Assembly (NCBI GenBank): GCA_963813715.1
Contig: CAWFAK010000005.1
Location: forward strand, 1-64,000
From: an uncultured Planctomycetaceae bacterium
GTDB lineage: Bacteria > Planctomycetota > Planctomycetia > Planctomycetales > Planctomycetaceae
Direction of reading: 5' to 3'
Length of the DNA: 64,000 nucleotides
Positions within the stretch are counted from its first letter, which is position 1. Each line of letters opens with the position of its first letter. Positions 9,346 to 21,567 of this stretch are shown one piece after another. The position numbers and the translations under genes were made by a program. The notes under the pieces are model-generated. The model worked only from the letters and a program-made list of their open reading frames with translations, had not been told where the DNA came from and searched no databases.

Positions 9346-12300
9346 TTATTTGATGCTTTCGGCCCGTTTGAGCATTAGGGCCACTTCGGCCCATAAAGCG
9401 AGGCAGTCTTTGGCCCTCCTGATCGTCAAACGTGCTCAAGGCGGCCGCATCTCGCAGACCTGCTAGGTCAGCGTCGCCTCGCCAGGCTGACAGTGTCTCT
9501 CGCACTTTGTTACGAAACTCGGATGAGTTGTCCAGTAGGCGGCCCCAAGCGGTCAGGTCGGATCGCAGCCACTGCCGCGCCTGTTCACGCCAGTGCTTGC
9601 GTCCCGACTCCCCAAGGGCCGCCGCGTCGGTGCCTCGACCGCAGCCTGCCAGGGCAGCCATGCGAGCGGCCTTATAGCGGCAGAACCGGCCGACGTCGTT
9701 GGCCAGAGGTGGATCGGCAGCGAAGGCATCGGCGTAGAGCCCGGCGGCGGTTCGCGTGCGGTTTGCGAATTCGCAGGTTCCCAGTAAGACGATTCGCTCG
9801 TCGTTGTCCCGAGGTTGGTGCTTCCCCTCCAGGAAGGCGGCCAAGTCGGGGAAGATCATGCCCTCGGCCTCGCGGCGCAGCACTTGGCAGATCCAAGCGT
9901 CCTGATCGACAGCGTGCTCGGGTCTCCAATCGTAGCGCTCGGTCGCGATCGCAAGCGTCTTTCTTGCTTCCGCCGTTCGGCCCTGCCTGCTCAGGGCCAT
10001 GGCCTCCACCAGTCGCGGGGCCGACCCGAGATTCGCGGCGGACGCGCGGCCCTTCATCGTCGAGACCGCGGCATCGAACCGGCCCTGACGGTATTCGGCC
10101 AAGCCTCGCAAAAATAGATAGTGGCAGTAAACGGGTAGATTCTCCGAAGGAGTCTTCAGAACTCTCTCGATGAGAGCAACGGATTGATGTAGCTCATCCG
10201 GCGTCGGCGGCGAGAGCAGGCAGGCTCGAGCTGTCCGTTCGGAGATCCCCGGTTCCGTGCTTTCGCCGAACCGCTCGAGCAGCATCCGCCGGTTCCGGCA
10301 GTATTCCTTTTCGTTGCCGACAAACAGGCAAAGTTCCGCGTAGCCGTACCACACCTCATGATCCGGTGGTTGGGCCTCGAGCACTTTGGCCCAGTCGGAC
10401 CGTGCCTCCTCAAATCGTCCCTTCGATGCCAGGAGGGCGATCAAGTGATTTCGGCCTTCTCTTCGAAGCGCGCGCATCTGCAGCGTCTGACCGCGGGCAA
10501 GCGCGAGACCGCGTCGGTAGTGGGCGATTGCCTCCTCGGGCCTCTCTTTGATCTCCAGGCAATTCGCGAGCTGAACGTGAAAGACTGCAAACTCGGGGCT
10601 GCGGCCCACCGCCTGTTGCAGGCGTTCGATGGCTTTGTCATGTTGACCCAGCAAGGACCAAATCACGCCAACGTTGCCATACGCCGCGGTGTTGCTGGGA
10701 TCGAGGTCTACTGCTTTTTGCAAATGTTGGATCGCCTCTTCCCAGCGGCGTTTCGATTCGATCGCATCTTCTTTCAGGCCTTGCGTCATCAGCGCCAAGC
10801 CGAGATTGTTGTGCACATCGGACGTGTGCGGGCGAATGGTCAGCGCCGCCTGGAAATAGCGAATGGATTCCGGCGCAGGCGCCTCCTTCCCGAAGCTTGT
10901 TGGCAAGCACAAAGTTGGCCCAAAAGTCGTCGGCATGAGCCGTCTGGAGCCGCGTCAAAAACGGGATCGGGTCGCCCTGAGCCTCTTGGACACGATTGGC
11001 GAGTGCAATCAGCAATGACACGGAATTGTCTTCGATCGGAGCGGAGCGCGTCAGCTCGTCCAGAGACTTGGCGTTCCAGTTCTTCGGGTCGCGGGCACGG
11101 CCGTGCCAACCCGCCGGATCGGGATCGGACCGTCGCGCCACCTCGAGTACCCAGTCCGCGCGGCGGATCACCGCCTCGTCCACTTGACCGGAGAAATGAA
11201 AACACAGAGACCAGTCGTCCAGCGCTGCCACGAGCGCATTGCAGATGGGCAGCGCGCGGATTCGCGCTGCGACATCCGCCGGCTCGTCTCCGACGCGTCC
11301 GAGCCCCGCATCGACAAAAGCTGTTTCGTAATCCTCGTCGGCATGATCTTTGAGCTGCACTTTGCGATCGAGGCGATCCAATCGAATTCTGTCAGAAACG
11401 CGGCAGGAGTTGGAGTTCTCGAAGGCCTTGATCGACTCGGGCGCACAACCGTGCCGACGCACTGTTGGCGATTCTGACTTGGGCGCGGTCGAGCGCTGCC
11501 TGGGCCTCAGGCAACTGCGAGGCCTCCTCGAACCGAACCATTTCTCGCAGGTCTTCCTCCGCGGCCCGCTCTCCGGCGGCACGCTGGGAGATCAGCCACA
11601 CGGCTCCGCCCATGAGGACGAGAGCAAGTAACGTGCTGGCCGCAACGACCGTCGCAAGAACAGGCTGCCGGCGGATCCGCCGCGCGACCCGCTGCAACCG
11701 GCCGTCGGGGCGGGCCGCGATCGCCTCGCCCCGCAAAAAATGGTCGAGGTCTTCCGCCAGAGCATCGGCGCCGGCGTATCGAGACTCCGACGTCTTCTGC
11801 AAACACTTGAGGCAAATCGTCTCCACGTCGCGGGGAACGCCGGCGTTGAGCCGCGAGGGGGGCACGGGATCGTCGAAGATCACCTGCCGCAAGGTTTCCG
11901 CATGGTTTGCGCCCGAAACGGCGGCCTTCCCGTCAGCAGTTCGTACAGCATTGCTCCCAGGGCATGCACGTCGACAGCAGGCTCGGCCGCCCCCGTCCGG
12001 CCCTGGGCTTGCTCGGGCGCCATATAACTCGGCGTCCCCAAAGCGGCGCCGCTCAAAGTCAGCCCGTCGCCGCTCTCCTGACGTTTGGCCAGGCCAAAGT
12101 CGGAAAGCTTCGGCGTGCCACTCCCCGTGAGCAGGACATTGCCCGGTTTGAGGTCGCGATGCACGATACCGGCTTGATGGGCCGCTTGCACCGCTCGAGC
12201 CAGCGTGGACACCAGGCCGGCCGCCTCACGTGCCGGCTGGGGCGTCCTCGAATCTTTTGGGCCAGGCTACCCCCTTCAAGAAACTCCATCGTGAAGTACA

Positions 12301-12757
12301 GCCGGCCCTCATGCTCACCCACGTCGTAGACTTGCACGATGTTGGCATGATGCAAAGCCGCAATCGCCTCGGCTTCACGGCGAAAACGAAGTCGCTCGTC
12401 CGAGCTGGCATAGGGGCCAGCCAGAAGCATCTTGAGAGCGACCATTCGACCGAGGCTAAGTTGACGGGCCTTGTAGACAACTCCGACGCCTCCACGGCCA
12501 AGCACCGACTCGATTGTGTACCCGGAGACGTGCGGGACCTCGCCATCGGTCGTCGAACCGAGATGAGGAGTTTCGGGTGGATCGAATCCCGGCGTGGGGA
12601 GCAGAGAGTCGAATAATCTCTCGACAAGGCGCATCTGCCGCAAGCTCTCGCGAACCAGAGGCAGTAATTCGGGGCATGATTGGCAAACGTCTTCTGGGCT
12701 TCGATTCGACTCAAGCAGCTCTTCCAGCAGTTGCGACACTCGCGGGTCGTTTGCCAT
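9346..12757 (-). CDS. Ser/Thr protein kinase with TPR repeats (frameshifted)
   Basis: [33 protein letters not shown]; TPRs ([14 protein letters not shown]); tail [12 protein letters not shown]...DLAGLRD; the shifted frame ends [21 protein letters not shown] at 9346. Confidence 0.88.
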
Positions 12758-13088
12758 CGTCTGCGTGTCCTGGCTGCGTTCGTCTCGGGGCCGCCATCAA
12801 TCCTACAAACTCGCGTTTTGGAGCTTGCAGTGCAAACGAGGAAGCGTGGACCACGTCGACCCGGCGTCTTTTTGCCTCACGCGTCATGCACGAGCAGATT
12901 GCGAGGTCCCCGATCTTGCGATCGTGCCCGTTTGATTTTCAGCCCGGAGTGAGGCGCAAGACGTGAAAGCGCGGACAATTGTGGATTGGACGGCACTGGC
13001 TTGAGCTAAATCACCAGACAATCCAGGTTCCCATTCAATCGCTCCTTCTTCGTGGCAGGCCGATCCTGTGCGAGACTCTGAAGCCAAC

Positions 13089-13114
13089 GGCCTCACACCG
13101 TGCGAAGTGAGGCC
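13089..13114 (-). terminator. possible hairpin terminator
   Basis: ggcctcac-N10-gtgaggcc, 40 bp past the oxidoreductase stop; no clear U tract. Confidence 0.3.
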
Positions 13115-13153
13115 CCGCGACAGCCGCTTCTTGCAAGGCGCCGCTTGGTCCGC

Positions 13154-14086
13154 CTATTTGCCGGCCGCCACTTGCAGCACGATCTTACCGCGCGCATGGC
13201 CGGCCATGATTTCGGTCCAGGCCTCGCGGGCTTGTGCGAGCGGATAGGTCTTCGTGACCACGGTCTTCAGCTTTCCCGCGTCGAGCAGTTCGGCCAGGCG
13301 GGCCAGGTTGGTCGTCGACGCCTTCATTGACATCATCTGGGCTTCGACCTTGTATTTCGCGGCCTCTTCGGGGGACGGGGGAAGCGCGGTGGCGACCAGG
13401 CGGCCGCCGGCTTTGAGGACGCCGAACGAGCGCCGCTGCGTCTCGCCGCCAAGCAGATCGAGCACCAGGTCGACGTTTTTGGCGACTGACTCGAAGGGCG
13501 TGGCCTTGTAGTCGATGACCGTATCAGCTCCGAGGGACCGCACGTAGTCGATATTGTCCGCCGACGCGGTCGCCAGCACTTTCGCCCCCTTCCAATGTGC
13601 GAGCTGAACGGCAAAGGTGCCGACGCCGCCGGACGCTGCGTGGATCAAGACGGTCTCGCCGCGCTCGAGGCGGCCGTGGTCGAAGAGCCCCTGCCAGGCC
13701 GTCTGAGCCGCCAACGGCACCGAAGCGGCCTCGACATCGCTGAGCCGACGCGGCTTGGGCGCGATCATCGACGCGGGGCCGGCATAGAACTCGGCATACG
13801 CCCCGCCCCCCGAAGCGTCTCCGTAGACGGCGTCGCCTTTGGCGAGTCCGGTGACGCCGGAGCCGACTTCCTCGACGACGCCCGAAAAATCGCCTCCCGG
13901 AATCCAAGGAAAATTGATCGGCATGATCTGACGCATGTTTCCCGACGCCAGCTTGAAATCGATCGGGTTGACCGAAGCGGTGTGAATCCGCACGAGCACC
14001 TTGCCGCTCTCAACCTTTGGCTGCGGCGTCTCTTCGAGACGCAATTGCTCCGGACCCCCGTACGCGTGAACTCGAATCGCCTTCAT
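13154..14086 (-). CDS. NADP-dependent oxidoreductase (MDR/quinone oxidoreductase family)
   Basis: MKAIRVHAYGGPEQL, VNPID, PGGDFSG, LIHAASGGVG, GKIVL; RBS aaggag. Confidence 0.92.
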   Translation of the reverse strand: MKAIRVHAYGGPEQLRLEETPQPKVESGKVLVRIHTASVNPIDFKLASGNMRQIMPINFPWIPGGDFSGVVEEVGSGVTGLAKGDAVYGDASGGGAYAEFYAGPASMIAPKPRRLSDVEAASVPLAAQTAWQGLFDHGRLERGETVLIHAASGGVGTFAVQLAHWKGAKVLATASADNIDYVRSLGADTVIDYKATPFESVAKNVDLVLDLLGGETQRRSFGVLKAGGRLVATALPPSPEEAAKYKVEAQMMSMKASTTNLARLAELLDAGKLKTVVTKTYPLAQAREAWTEIMAGHARGKIVLQVAAGK

Positions 14087-14274
14087 GTTCTGCTCCTTTT
14101 GAATGACAAGTCGTTGCGTTTGTGCCGGTTGGCACGAAATCCGGTCAGCCGCCCGTCGGCAAAACGGCCCTTCCCATCGCCGCGCGTCAGGTACGACGCG
14201 CGGGTCACTGCTTGAACGCGTCATCGCGAGAAGACACGCCCACTCCGAGCCGTCGAGCCGTGGCCATTCGCCGA

Positions 14275-15168
14275 TCAGGTGTTGGACGCCTCAAAAATAC
14301 TCTGAATGGTTGCATCCAGCAGGGCGTTGAACGCGGCATCGGATTGCTCGGCCGACAGCCCTTCGACCAGCGCCCGTGAAAAGCTCGCCACGATGCCGTG
14401 ATTTGTTCGCAGGCGCTGGTTGGCTTCTTCCAGGGTGTAACCGCCCGACAGCGCAACCACTTTCAGGACATTGGGATGACTGACGAAATTGGCGTAGAAG
14501 TCGTCGACCTCCGGTAATGTGAGCTTCAGCATGACCAGCTGACCCGCTGGCAGTTGGTCGAGCTTTTCGAGAATGGTTGCTTTGAGCAACTCTTCGGCCT
14601 TGGCTTTTTCCGGGCAGTGAATATCCACCTCCGGCTCGATGATTGGCACCAGACCCGCGTCGCGGATCTGCCGGGCTGCTTCAAACTGCTGGTTCGCGAT
14701 CTGCTTGATGCCCGCGGCATTGGCTTGTTTGACGACCGACCGCATCTTGGTTCCGAAAACGCGCTTCGCTTTGGCTTTGTCGAGCAGCGCGGCAAGTGCG
14801 GGCATTGGCTTCATCAGCTGGACGCCGTCCTGCTCCCCTGCGAGCCCCTTGTCGACTTTCAAAAAAGGCACGATGCCCTTCACGTTCCAGAGATAGTCCG
14901 CGGTCCGCTGCCCCTCGATGTCCCGGTCCATGGTGTTCTCGAAGAGGATGGCGCCAAGAATCCGCTTGCCGGTAAAGCTAGGGCTGGTGATGATCCGCGC
15001 AGCGCATCTGGTGCACGATCGCAAACATTTCATCGTCGTTGGCCCACGCATCTGGCTTGATTCCATAAGAACGAAGCGCGCGGGAGTGCTGCCACCGCTT
15101 TGGTCCAGCGCCGCCATGAAACCCGGAGCCGTCTTCGTTTTCTGCAGTTGTTCTGTGAACCGGCTCAT
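14275..15168 (-). CDS. fda: fructose-bisphosphate aldolase class I
   Basis: GFMAALDQSGGSTP, GAILFE, PFLKVDKGL, GTKMRS, PIIEPEV, VALSGGY, ASFSRAL; a short internal compensating frameshift. Confidence 0.9.
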   Translation of the reverse strand: MSRFTEQLQKTKTAPGFMAALDQSGGSTPARFVLMESSQMRGPTTMKCLRSCTRCAARIITSPSFTGKRILGAILFENTMDRDIEGQRTADYLWNVKGIVPFLKVDKGLAGEQDGVQLMKPMPALAALLDKAKAKRVFGTKMRSVVKQANAAGIKQIANQQFEAARQIRDAGLVPIIEPEVDIHCPEKAKAEELLKATILEKLDQLPAGQLVMLKLTLPEVDDFYANFVSHPNVLKVVALSGGYTLEEANQRLRTNHGIVASFSRALVEGLSAEQSDAAFNALLDATIQSIFEASNT

Positions 15169-15268
15169 TTCGGCCACCTCATCGGGTCGAGTTGATGAAC
15201 AATCGCGTCGAACACGGATTCCCATTCTCACATACGGATCTAACTTGGGCCCTGACTTGGTCACCTGC

Positions 15269-16315
15269 TCAGTAAAAACCCTGGTTATCCCGCCGAATGC
15301 TCACCTTCCCTGCATAGCGTCGCGAGATAAAGATGAAATAGGCAGCCGCCAGCAAGAAGCCGGCCGGCCACCAGATCGAGGCAATCAGTAAACCGTTCGC
15401 GCTGGAAGCGACGGCGTAGGCAGTCAGCGAGTTCTCCGGCGCGAGAGTCGAATAAAGCACGACCGGAAAGAGAGCGGCCGCTCCGCTGAACATTAAGCCG
15501 ATGATGCAGCCATTCGACCCGGCAAAAGCCAGCATTTCCCGGCGGTACAGCAGACCCGAAATCAGCGTGATTATCGAGGCGATGATGATCACCAATCCCA
15601 ACCAGCAGAACGGATTATAAATCGCGCTCGAACAAGTCAGGGCGCACAACCCACGACTCGACTGCGATGACCGGAAACAGAAGGACAAGTGCCGCCCAAA
15701 GGTATCTCGCAGACAGGGCGCTGCGATCGTGCACGGGACCCTCCGTCTTCAGCGCGAGATAGGTCGCTCCATGCGCCGCCAAAAGCACAGCCGCGAAGAG
15801 GGCAGTAGAGAGCGTGTACCAGTCGAGCAAACCCACGTAGCCGCGCACGCTGAAATTCGTGAAGAATGCCATCGAGAAATTGCCCTGCGCATCAAGGGGC
15901 ACGCCCCGCGCCAGATTGCCTGCTGCTGCACCGAAAATAATCGCCAGGAGAAAGTTGGCAAACGTGAAAACGAAGTCCCAAAATCCCTGCCACAGCGGAT
16001 CGTTGATATGGCCGGCGACCTCGAGCGAGATCCCGCGCAGAATCAGGCCCAAAGAATCAGAAACAGCGCCAAGTAGTAGCCGGCAAAGGCCGAGGCCATG
16101 AGCCGTGGAAAAACCGCGAGCAGAGTGCCGCCAAAACCGACGAGCCACACTTCGTGCCAGGACCAGAGCGGCCCGATTGCGGCAACAACCTGCCGCCGCT
16201 CCTCGCGCGTTCGGGCGACGCGCCACTGGAGTATTCCGGCGCCGAAATTGCGTCCGTCCAAAACCACATAGATGATGAGCATCAGGCTCACGACGCCGTA
16301 CCATGTCGTGATCAC
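15269..16315 (-). CDS. cydB: cytochrome bd ubiquinol oxidase subunit II (frameshifted)
   Basis: YVVLDG.NFGAG, IGPLW..HEVWLV..GG.L.A.FP, LILRGISLE, GNLARGVP; follows cydA. Confidence 0.88.
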
Positions 16316-16378
16316 GGCAAGGCCCCTTCTTGGCAGGACAGCACTGACTTCGTCGTCCGGAATTGCAGAGATTGCGGC

Positions 16379-17746
16379 TTAGCTCGACGACAAATCATGT
16401 TGTCGATTGGCATCTATTTCTTGATCCGGCCCGCAGCCGATCTCACGCCCGACCAAATACAGAAAGAGCAGACCGAGGACAAAATAGAGGCCGGTGAAAC
16501 CCATCAAAGTGAAAATGGTGTCGCCGCTGCTGACGACTTTGCTGTACCCGTCGCGCGTGCGAAAGAGGTCGTAGATCAGCCAGGGTTGACGTCCCAGCTC
16601 CGCCGTCATCCACCCCAAAGTGTTGGCGAGATACGGAAAAGGGAACGCGAGCATCAGCACCCAGTGCAGTCCGGTGCAGGATTCCAAGCGGCCGCGCCAA
16701 TTCTGGAAGCTGGCATAGGCCATCAGGATGATGAACAGCGTGCCCAAAGTAATCATGAGATGAAAGGAGTAGTACAACAGCTCGATGTTGTCGGGCCATC
16801 GATCCTGACGGTATTCGTCAAGGCCGTGCACATAACTTCCAAAATGCCCGTAAGCGAGAAAGCTGAGCGCGCCGGGAATCTCAATGGGATTGTCGAGCCG
16901 CTTGGCCCTGACATTGGGCTGGCCAATCACAGCGACGTCAGCCTTTGTGCCTCCCGCGAATCGGCCTTCCATGGCAGCCAGTGTGACCGGCTGGTGACGG
17001 CCGACCATCTTGGCCTGCTGGTCGCCGGTCGGAAAGGCGACCAGAATCGAGGCGATCAACCCGACGAACGTTCCTGCGCAGATAAAGTCGAGCCTGGGTT
17101 GGATGTAATCCCCGTAAGGCGTAAAGAGCTCCGAGAGACGTCACCACGAAGGAGCCAGTGACAAGAGCGGCCATTTGGTTGTGCGCGAACTGCACCCAGG
17201 CCCAGGGATTCAAGAGATAGGCGCTGAAACTGGCGATTCCGAGCGAGCCATCGGCCTCCAGTCGATGGCCGACTGGATGCTGCATGAAGGCATTCGTGAC
17301 CAGAATGAAATAACCGGACAGCCAGCTCCCCAGGGCGACTGCCACCGCCGCCATGAAGTGATAGCACGGACCCAGCCGCTTTTCCCCCCAGATCAGGCGC
17401 CGACAAACGCGCTTTCCAGAAAGAACGCAAACATTCCTTCCATTGCCAGCGTCTGTCCGACCACGCCGCCCGCGTACCGAGAAAACCCCGCCCAGTTCGT
17501 TCCGAACTGAAACTCCATGGGGATGCCGGTGACCACGCCCACGGCAAAGTTCAGTCCGAAGATCTTGGCCCAAAACCGGGCGGCTCGATTGTAGTTGTCA
17601 TCGCCCGTGCGCAGCGCACGCCATTTCCAATACACCAGGAACCATGCCAATCCCATGGTGAGCTGCGGAAAGAGATAGTGGTACGTGAGGGTGAAGCCGA
17701 ACTGAAATCGGCTCCAAAAGGCAGGATCGGAGAGATTCGAGTCCAC
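16379..17746 (-). CDS. cydA: cytochrome bd ubiquinol oxidase subunit I (frameshifted)
   Basis: [67 protein letters not shown]. Confidence 0.92.
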
Positions 17747-17856
17747 TTGAGTTCATCCGCGATTGGTCGCTCGAGACGCAGAAGTCCGATTCGCAACTCA
17801 TTTTCATTTTGCGGGAGCCGGCTGCACCACGCAGGAAGCTCCTGGGAGTGATTGCC

Positions 17857-18802
17857 TCAAACTCGTTGTTCTCTCGGAATGAACCCGGGAACGCCCGTGG
17901 TCACGACGGCGTTAAACCGGATTTGCTCTGTGATCCCTTCGCGAATCTCGCGCATGGCGTCTTCGGGAAGAGTCGCAACGTCGAAATTCTCCTTGATCCA
18001 ACGGGGGTTCGTCGCCGTCGTCAACAGGGCCGTCCCGCGTTGGATCGCCCACGCGAGCAGGACCTGGGCCGGGGTCTTGTTGACGCGCTTCGCGATCGCG
18101 GTGATGACCGGATGTTCGACCAGCTTGGGTTCGGCACCATGACCGAGCGCCGCGAAGGCCTGCAGCACGATGCCGTTCTTTTTGCAATAGCTCAACAGCT
18201 CCCATTCCGGGAGGTACGGATGGCTTTCGACGTGAACGACGGCCGGCTTGATCCTCGCGGCGTCAAAGATCTCGTTTCGTCTGCTCCAGGTTGACGTCGG
18301 ATAATCCGATGGCCTTGCACCGGCCCCCGTCGACGAGGGCCTCCAATGCTCTCCACGTATCGAGAAGCGTCACACCCTTGTCGTAAATCACGTTGCCGTT
18401 CGCATCTCGCGGGTCTTGCTCGTCGCCCGGTTGGAAGGCGAACGGCGTGTGGATCAGATAGAGATCGACGTAGTCGACCTGGAGCCGCTTGAGGCTGGCC
18501 TCGATGGCCGGCTTGACGCGTTCGGGACGATGATTGTTGTTCCAGACCTTCGTAGCGATGAACACGTCCTGCCGCTTGATCTTCCCCGCCTGGAAAACCT
18601 CCTGCAGCGCTTCGCCGACTTCCGTTTCATTGCGGTAGCGTTCGGAAGCGTCGAAGGCACGAAATCCCGTCTCGCCCGCCTTGGTCGCGGCTTTGGTTGC
18701 CACCGGATCGGGAATCAGCGTGCCGAAGCCGAGCGCGGGGATCGCACCGGATTCGTTGTTGAGAGCAATCTTCGTGTTGCGAAGTGTGTCATTCTCGACC
18801 AT
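17857..18802 (-). CDS. aldo/keto reductase (frameshifted)
   Basis: IPALGFGT, FDASERYRNE, ATKVWN, DYVDLYLIHTP, AIGLSD, TPAQVLLAWAIQRG. Confidence 0.9.
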
Positions 18803-19112
18803 TGTCGGACCCTCCGATGTCAGGCAGGTGAACTGAAGCCATGCGACCGTCTCGAAACGTCGATGACCGGGTATTCGTGTGGTAAGACACTTCAATCTCG
18901 TTGACCCGAATCGCCAGGCTCGTGGCTTCCATGACTGCGTGCTGGGCCAGTTGCTTCGCGTGGTAATTGCGTGCGTGACCCCGAAGGATCAGTCCCTGCT
19001 CAAAAAGGACGAGTTGGAAGTCGCGCACGACCCCGGCCAGCCGGCACCGGACATGCTCTTCGGTTCGGGCCACGCATTCGTTTGTGGCGGTGTCGCCCGC
19101 ACGTTGCCTCAT
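18789..19112 (-). CDS. small BON-domain-like protein
   Basis: VRDFQL...GLILRGHARNYHAKQLAQHAVM...VNEIEV; start overlaps the upstream kinase stop (ATGA). The 3' end may be shorter. Confidence 0.6.
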   Translation of the reverse strand: MRQRAGDTATNECVARTEEHVRCRLAGVVRDFQLVLFEQGLILRGHARNYHAKQLAQHAVMEATSLAIRVNEIEVSYHTNTRSSTFRDGRMASVHLPDIGGSDNGRE

Positions 19113-19897
19113 CGCGATGCCTCATCGGCACGGGGTTCGCCGTCGTGCTTAATGGAGGTTATCCGGGGCAAGCGCACGACGAATTCACTCCCTTGGCGGA
19201 GACCGGCGCTCCAGGCACTGACACTGCCCCCCTGTATCTCCACGAGTTGGCGCAAAGTGCAAACCGATCCCCAATCCGCCGCGGGCCTTGTCGCCTGGCC
19301 AATCCCCTTGTTGAAACGGGTCGAAGATGCGAGGCAGCAGGTCCGGGGCGATCCCCCTGCCGTTGTCACGCACGCGGAGGACCACGGCGTCGCCGGCCTC
19401 CTCCGCGGTCAAGTGAATCTCGCCGCCTGGATCGGTGTAATCGGCGGCGTTCTTCAAGAGATTCGCGAGTATTTGATTCAAGCGCGAAGAGTCCGCGATC
19501 AGCATCACCGACGTGGGCGGAAGCGAAATCGTTAACTGGTGGCCGCGGGCGGTGAGGCAGGGACCAACGATGTCAACCGCATCGGCTATAACCGCGGGTA
19601 GGTCGACTCGCTCCGTGCGGAGAGACAGCTTACCTTGGTCCGCGCAGTAAAGAGCGAGTACATTCTCAACAATCCGTGCCATGTGCTGGGCCTGGCGCTC
19701 CGCCCTGTCGAGAGCCCGTCGAGCGGTCACCTCGTCAACACGCTGATCGCGCAGGACCTGCAAGCTGGTCAGGATCGCACAGAGCGGACTGCGCAGTTCA
19801 TGCGCAGCGTCGCTGTCACCTGCTCTTTGTGCTGGTTCCCCGGCCTCCAAAACTCGGCCTGAGAGCCGACACCTGCCGTTCGTTCGTGATCAATCAT
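19109..19897 (-). CDS. histidine kinase, HisKA plus HATPase without an evident sensor (frameshifted)
   Basis: AHELRSPL, QILANLLKNAADYT, VRDNGRGI, IFDPFQQ, GGLGIGL, GSEFVVRLP. Confidence 0.85.
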
Positions 19898-20213
19898 CCG
19901 GCCCTCGCCAGCCTGACCTTCGTCCTTCGCTGTCTGCCTTTGTGAATGCCGTTTGCCGACAGAACGCACGTCGAGCCGGAAAAATATCCTGCCTGATCGG
20001 GCACTCGACCTCGCCGGCAAACATGGGCTCATCCGAGCCGCAGTCACAGCCAGCAGCCACCAACTTGGCATCGACCTTCCGTCCCCCGATCCCTCCGCGG
20101 CGCTCGATCTTTGCGATTGCCAGAACGTTGCGTCGGCCACCGGGGTTTCGCTCAGAACCCTCGTCCCGGAGAAGGATTGCAGCATTCGTACGGAGGCGCC
20201 CGGTGTGAACAGG

Positions 20214-21567
20214 TCAAGCCGTGGGCCGATGCCGCGGATCACCGTGGAGCAGTTCCGGAAGCCTTGCGTCGTTGGCAAATGGAAGCAAAGCCTCGCCGGC
20301 CTCCGCAGGAGTGGAGAACCGATCGTTACGGTCCTTCGCCAGCATCCACTCCAGGGCCGCGGCCACCCGATCCGGGATGTCGCGTCGCTGCTCCTGGATC
20401 GGCGGCGCCGGAGCCTCCGTATGGGCCTTGAGCTTCTTGTAGGGGGACGAGAAGGCGGCGAACGGCGGGCCGCCGGCCAGCAGGTGATAGAGCGTGCAGC
20501 CCAGGCTGTAGATGTCAGCGCGGATGTCGACCGTGTGGCAGTCGTCAAACTGCTCTGGTGCCATGTAGTCGAGCGTACCCAGGAACTGGCCAGGCAATGA
20601 GATCTGTCCCTCCTCAGCCGACCCGCTGACCACACGCGCCAGGCCGAGGTCAATTACCTTCACCACGCCGGAAGGTGTCAGCATTAGGTTTGACGGCTTG
20701 ATGTCCCTGTGGACCAAGCCGTATTCATGAAGGTGCTGCAAGCCAAGGGCCGCCTGCCGGACCACTTCGCAAGCCTCTGCCACCGGCAACGGGCCACGAT
20801 GGCTGATCAGCGCGTGCAGGCCGGTGCCTTCAACGAATTCCATGACGAAATAGAGAAGCCCTGCGATCTCGCCGGCGTCGTATGCCGCGACCAAGTTTGG
20901 GTGCGTCACCAAGGCGGCCAGCAACCTCTCCTGGTGGAACCGTGAGATGATGTGGTCCTCACAGTCCAGGCCGGGCGGGACCACCTTGATGGCCACCAGA
21001 GCGCTGTCGCGCTGAGCTGGCGTGCCTTGTAGACGACGCCGCTGCCGCCCCGACCAGCCTCGCCCAGGATCTCATAGCCTGGCAGCTCCGGGAGGGCGGT
21101 CGGCGGAAAGCGGAAGGCGTGTACAAGAGGATTTTGCTGGCTTGTGACATTTGCGTTTGCGGCATCGTCCGTCGCCGGCACAACATCTTCCAGAGCGTCA
21201 TAGAGCCGGACATGCAGCTGGAAATACTCTGAGAGGTCGGGGAATCGCCGGCAATACTCGTCCGGCGTCACGGACTCGCCCAGCTCGCGTCGCGCAAGAA
21301 TTCGCCCAGGATCAGGTCGATCGGGAGTGCTGACCCAGGGAGGAAGGAGCCGTGGAGCTCAAAATAGGCTTCGAGCGGGGTGCTGCCCGTCCAACCACCG
21401 CTCGTGCTGGTCCGTGCAGAGCACGTCCGTCAGCTCGGCGGCGCTGAGTCGCCCGGTTCCAGCCAGGAACGCCCTCAGGTTAGGCGTCTGACCTTGCCGC
21501 CAGAGGCAGACATCTGCGCCACGGGGTTCTCCGAAGGTAGGTCGAGGGCGTCGCCGATGGACTTCAT
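20214..21567 (-). CDS. Ser/Thr protein kinase (frameshifted; 3' end uncertain)
   Basis: N-terminal LWRQGQTPNLRAFL...[45 protein letters not shown]. Confidence 0.88.
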
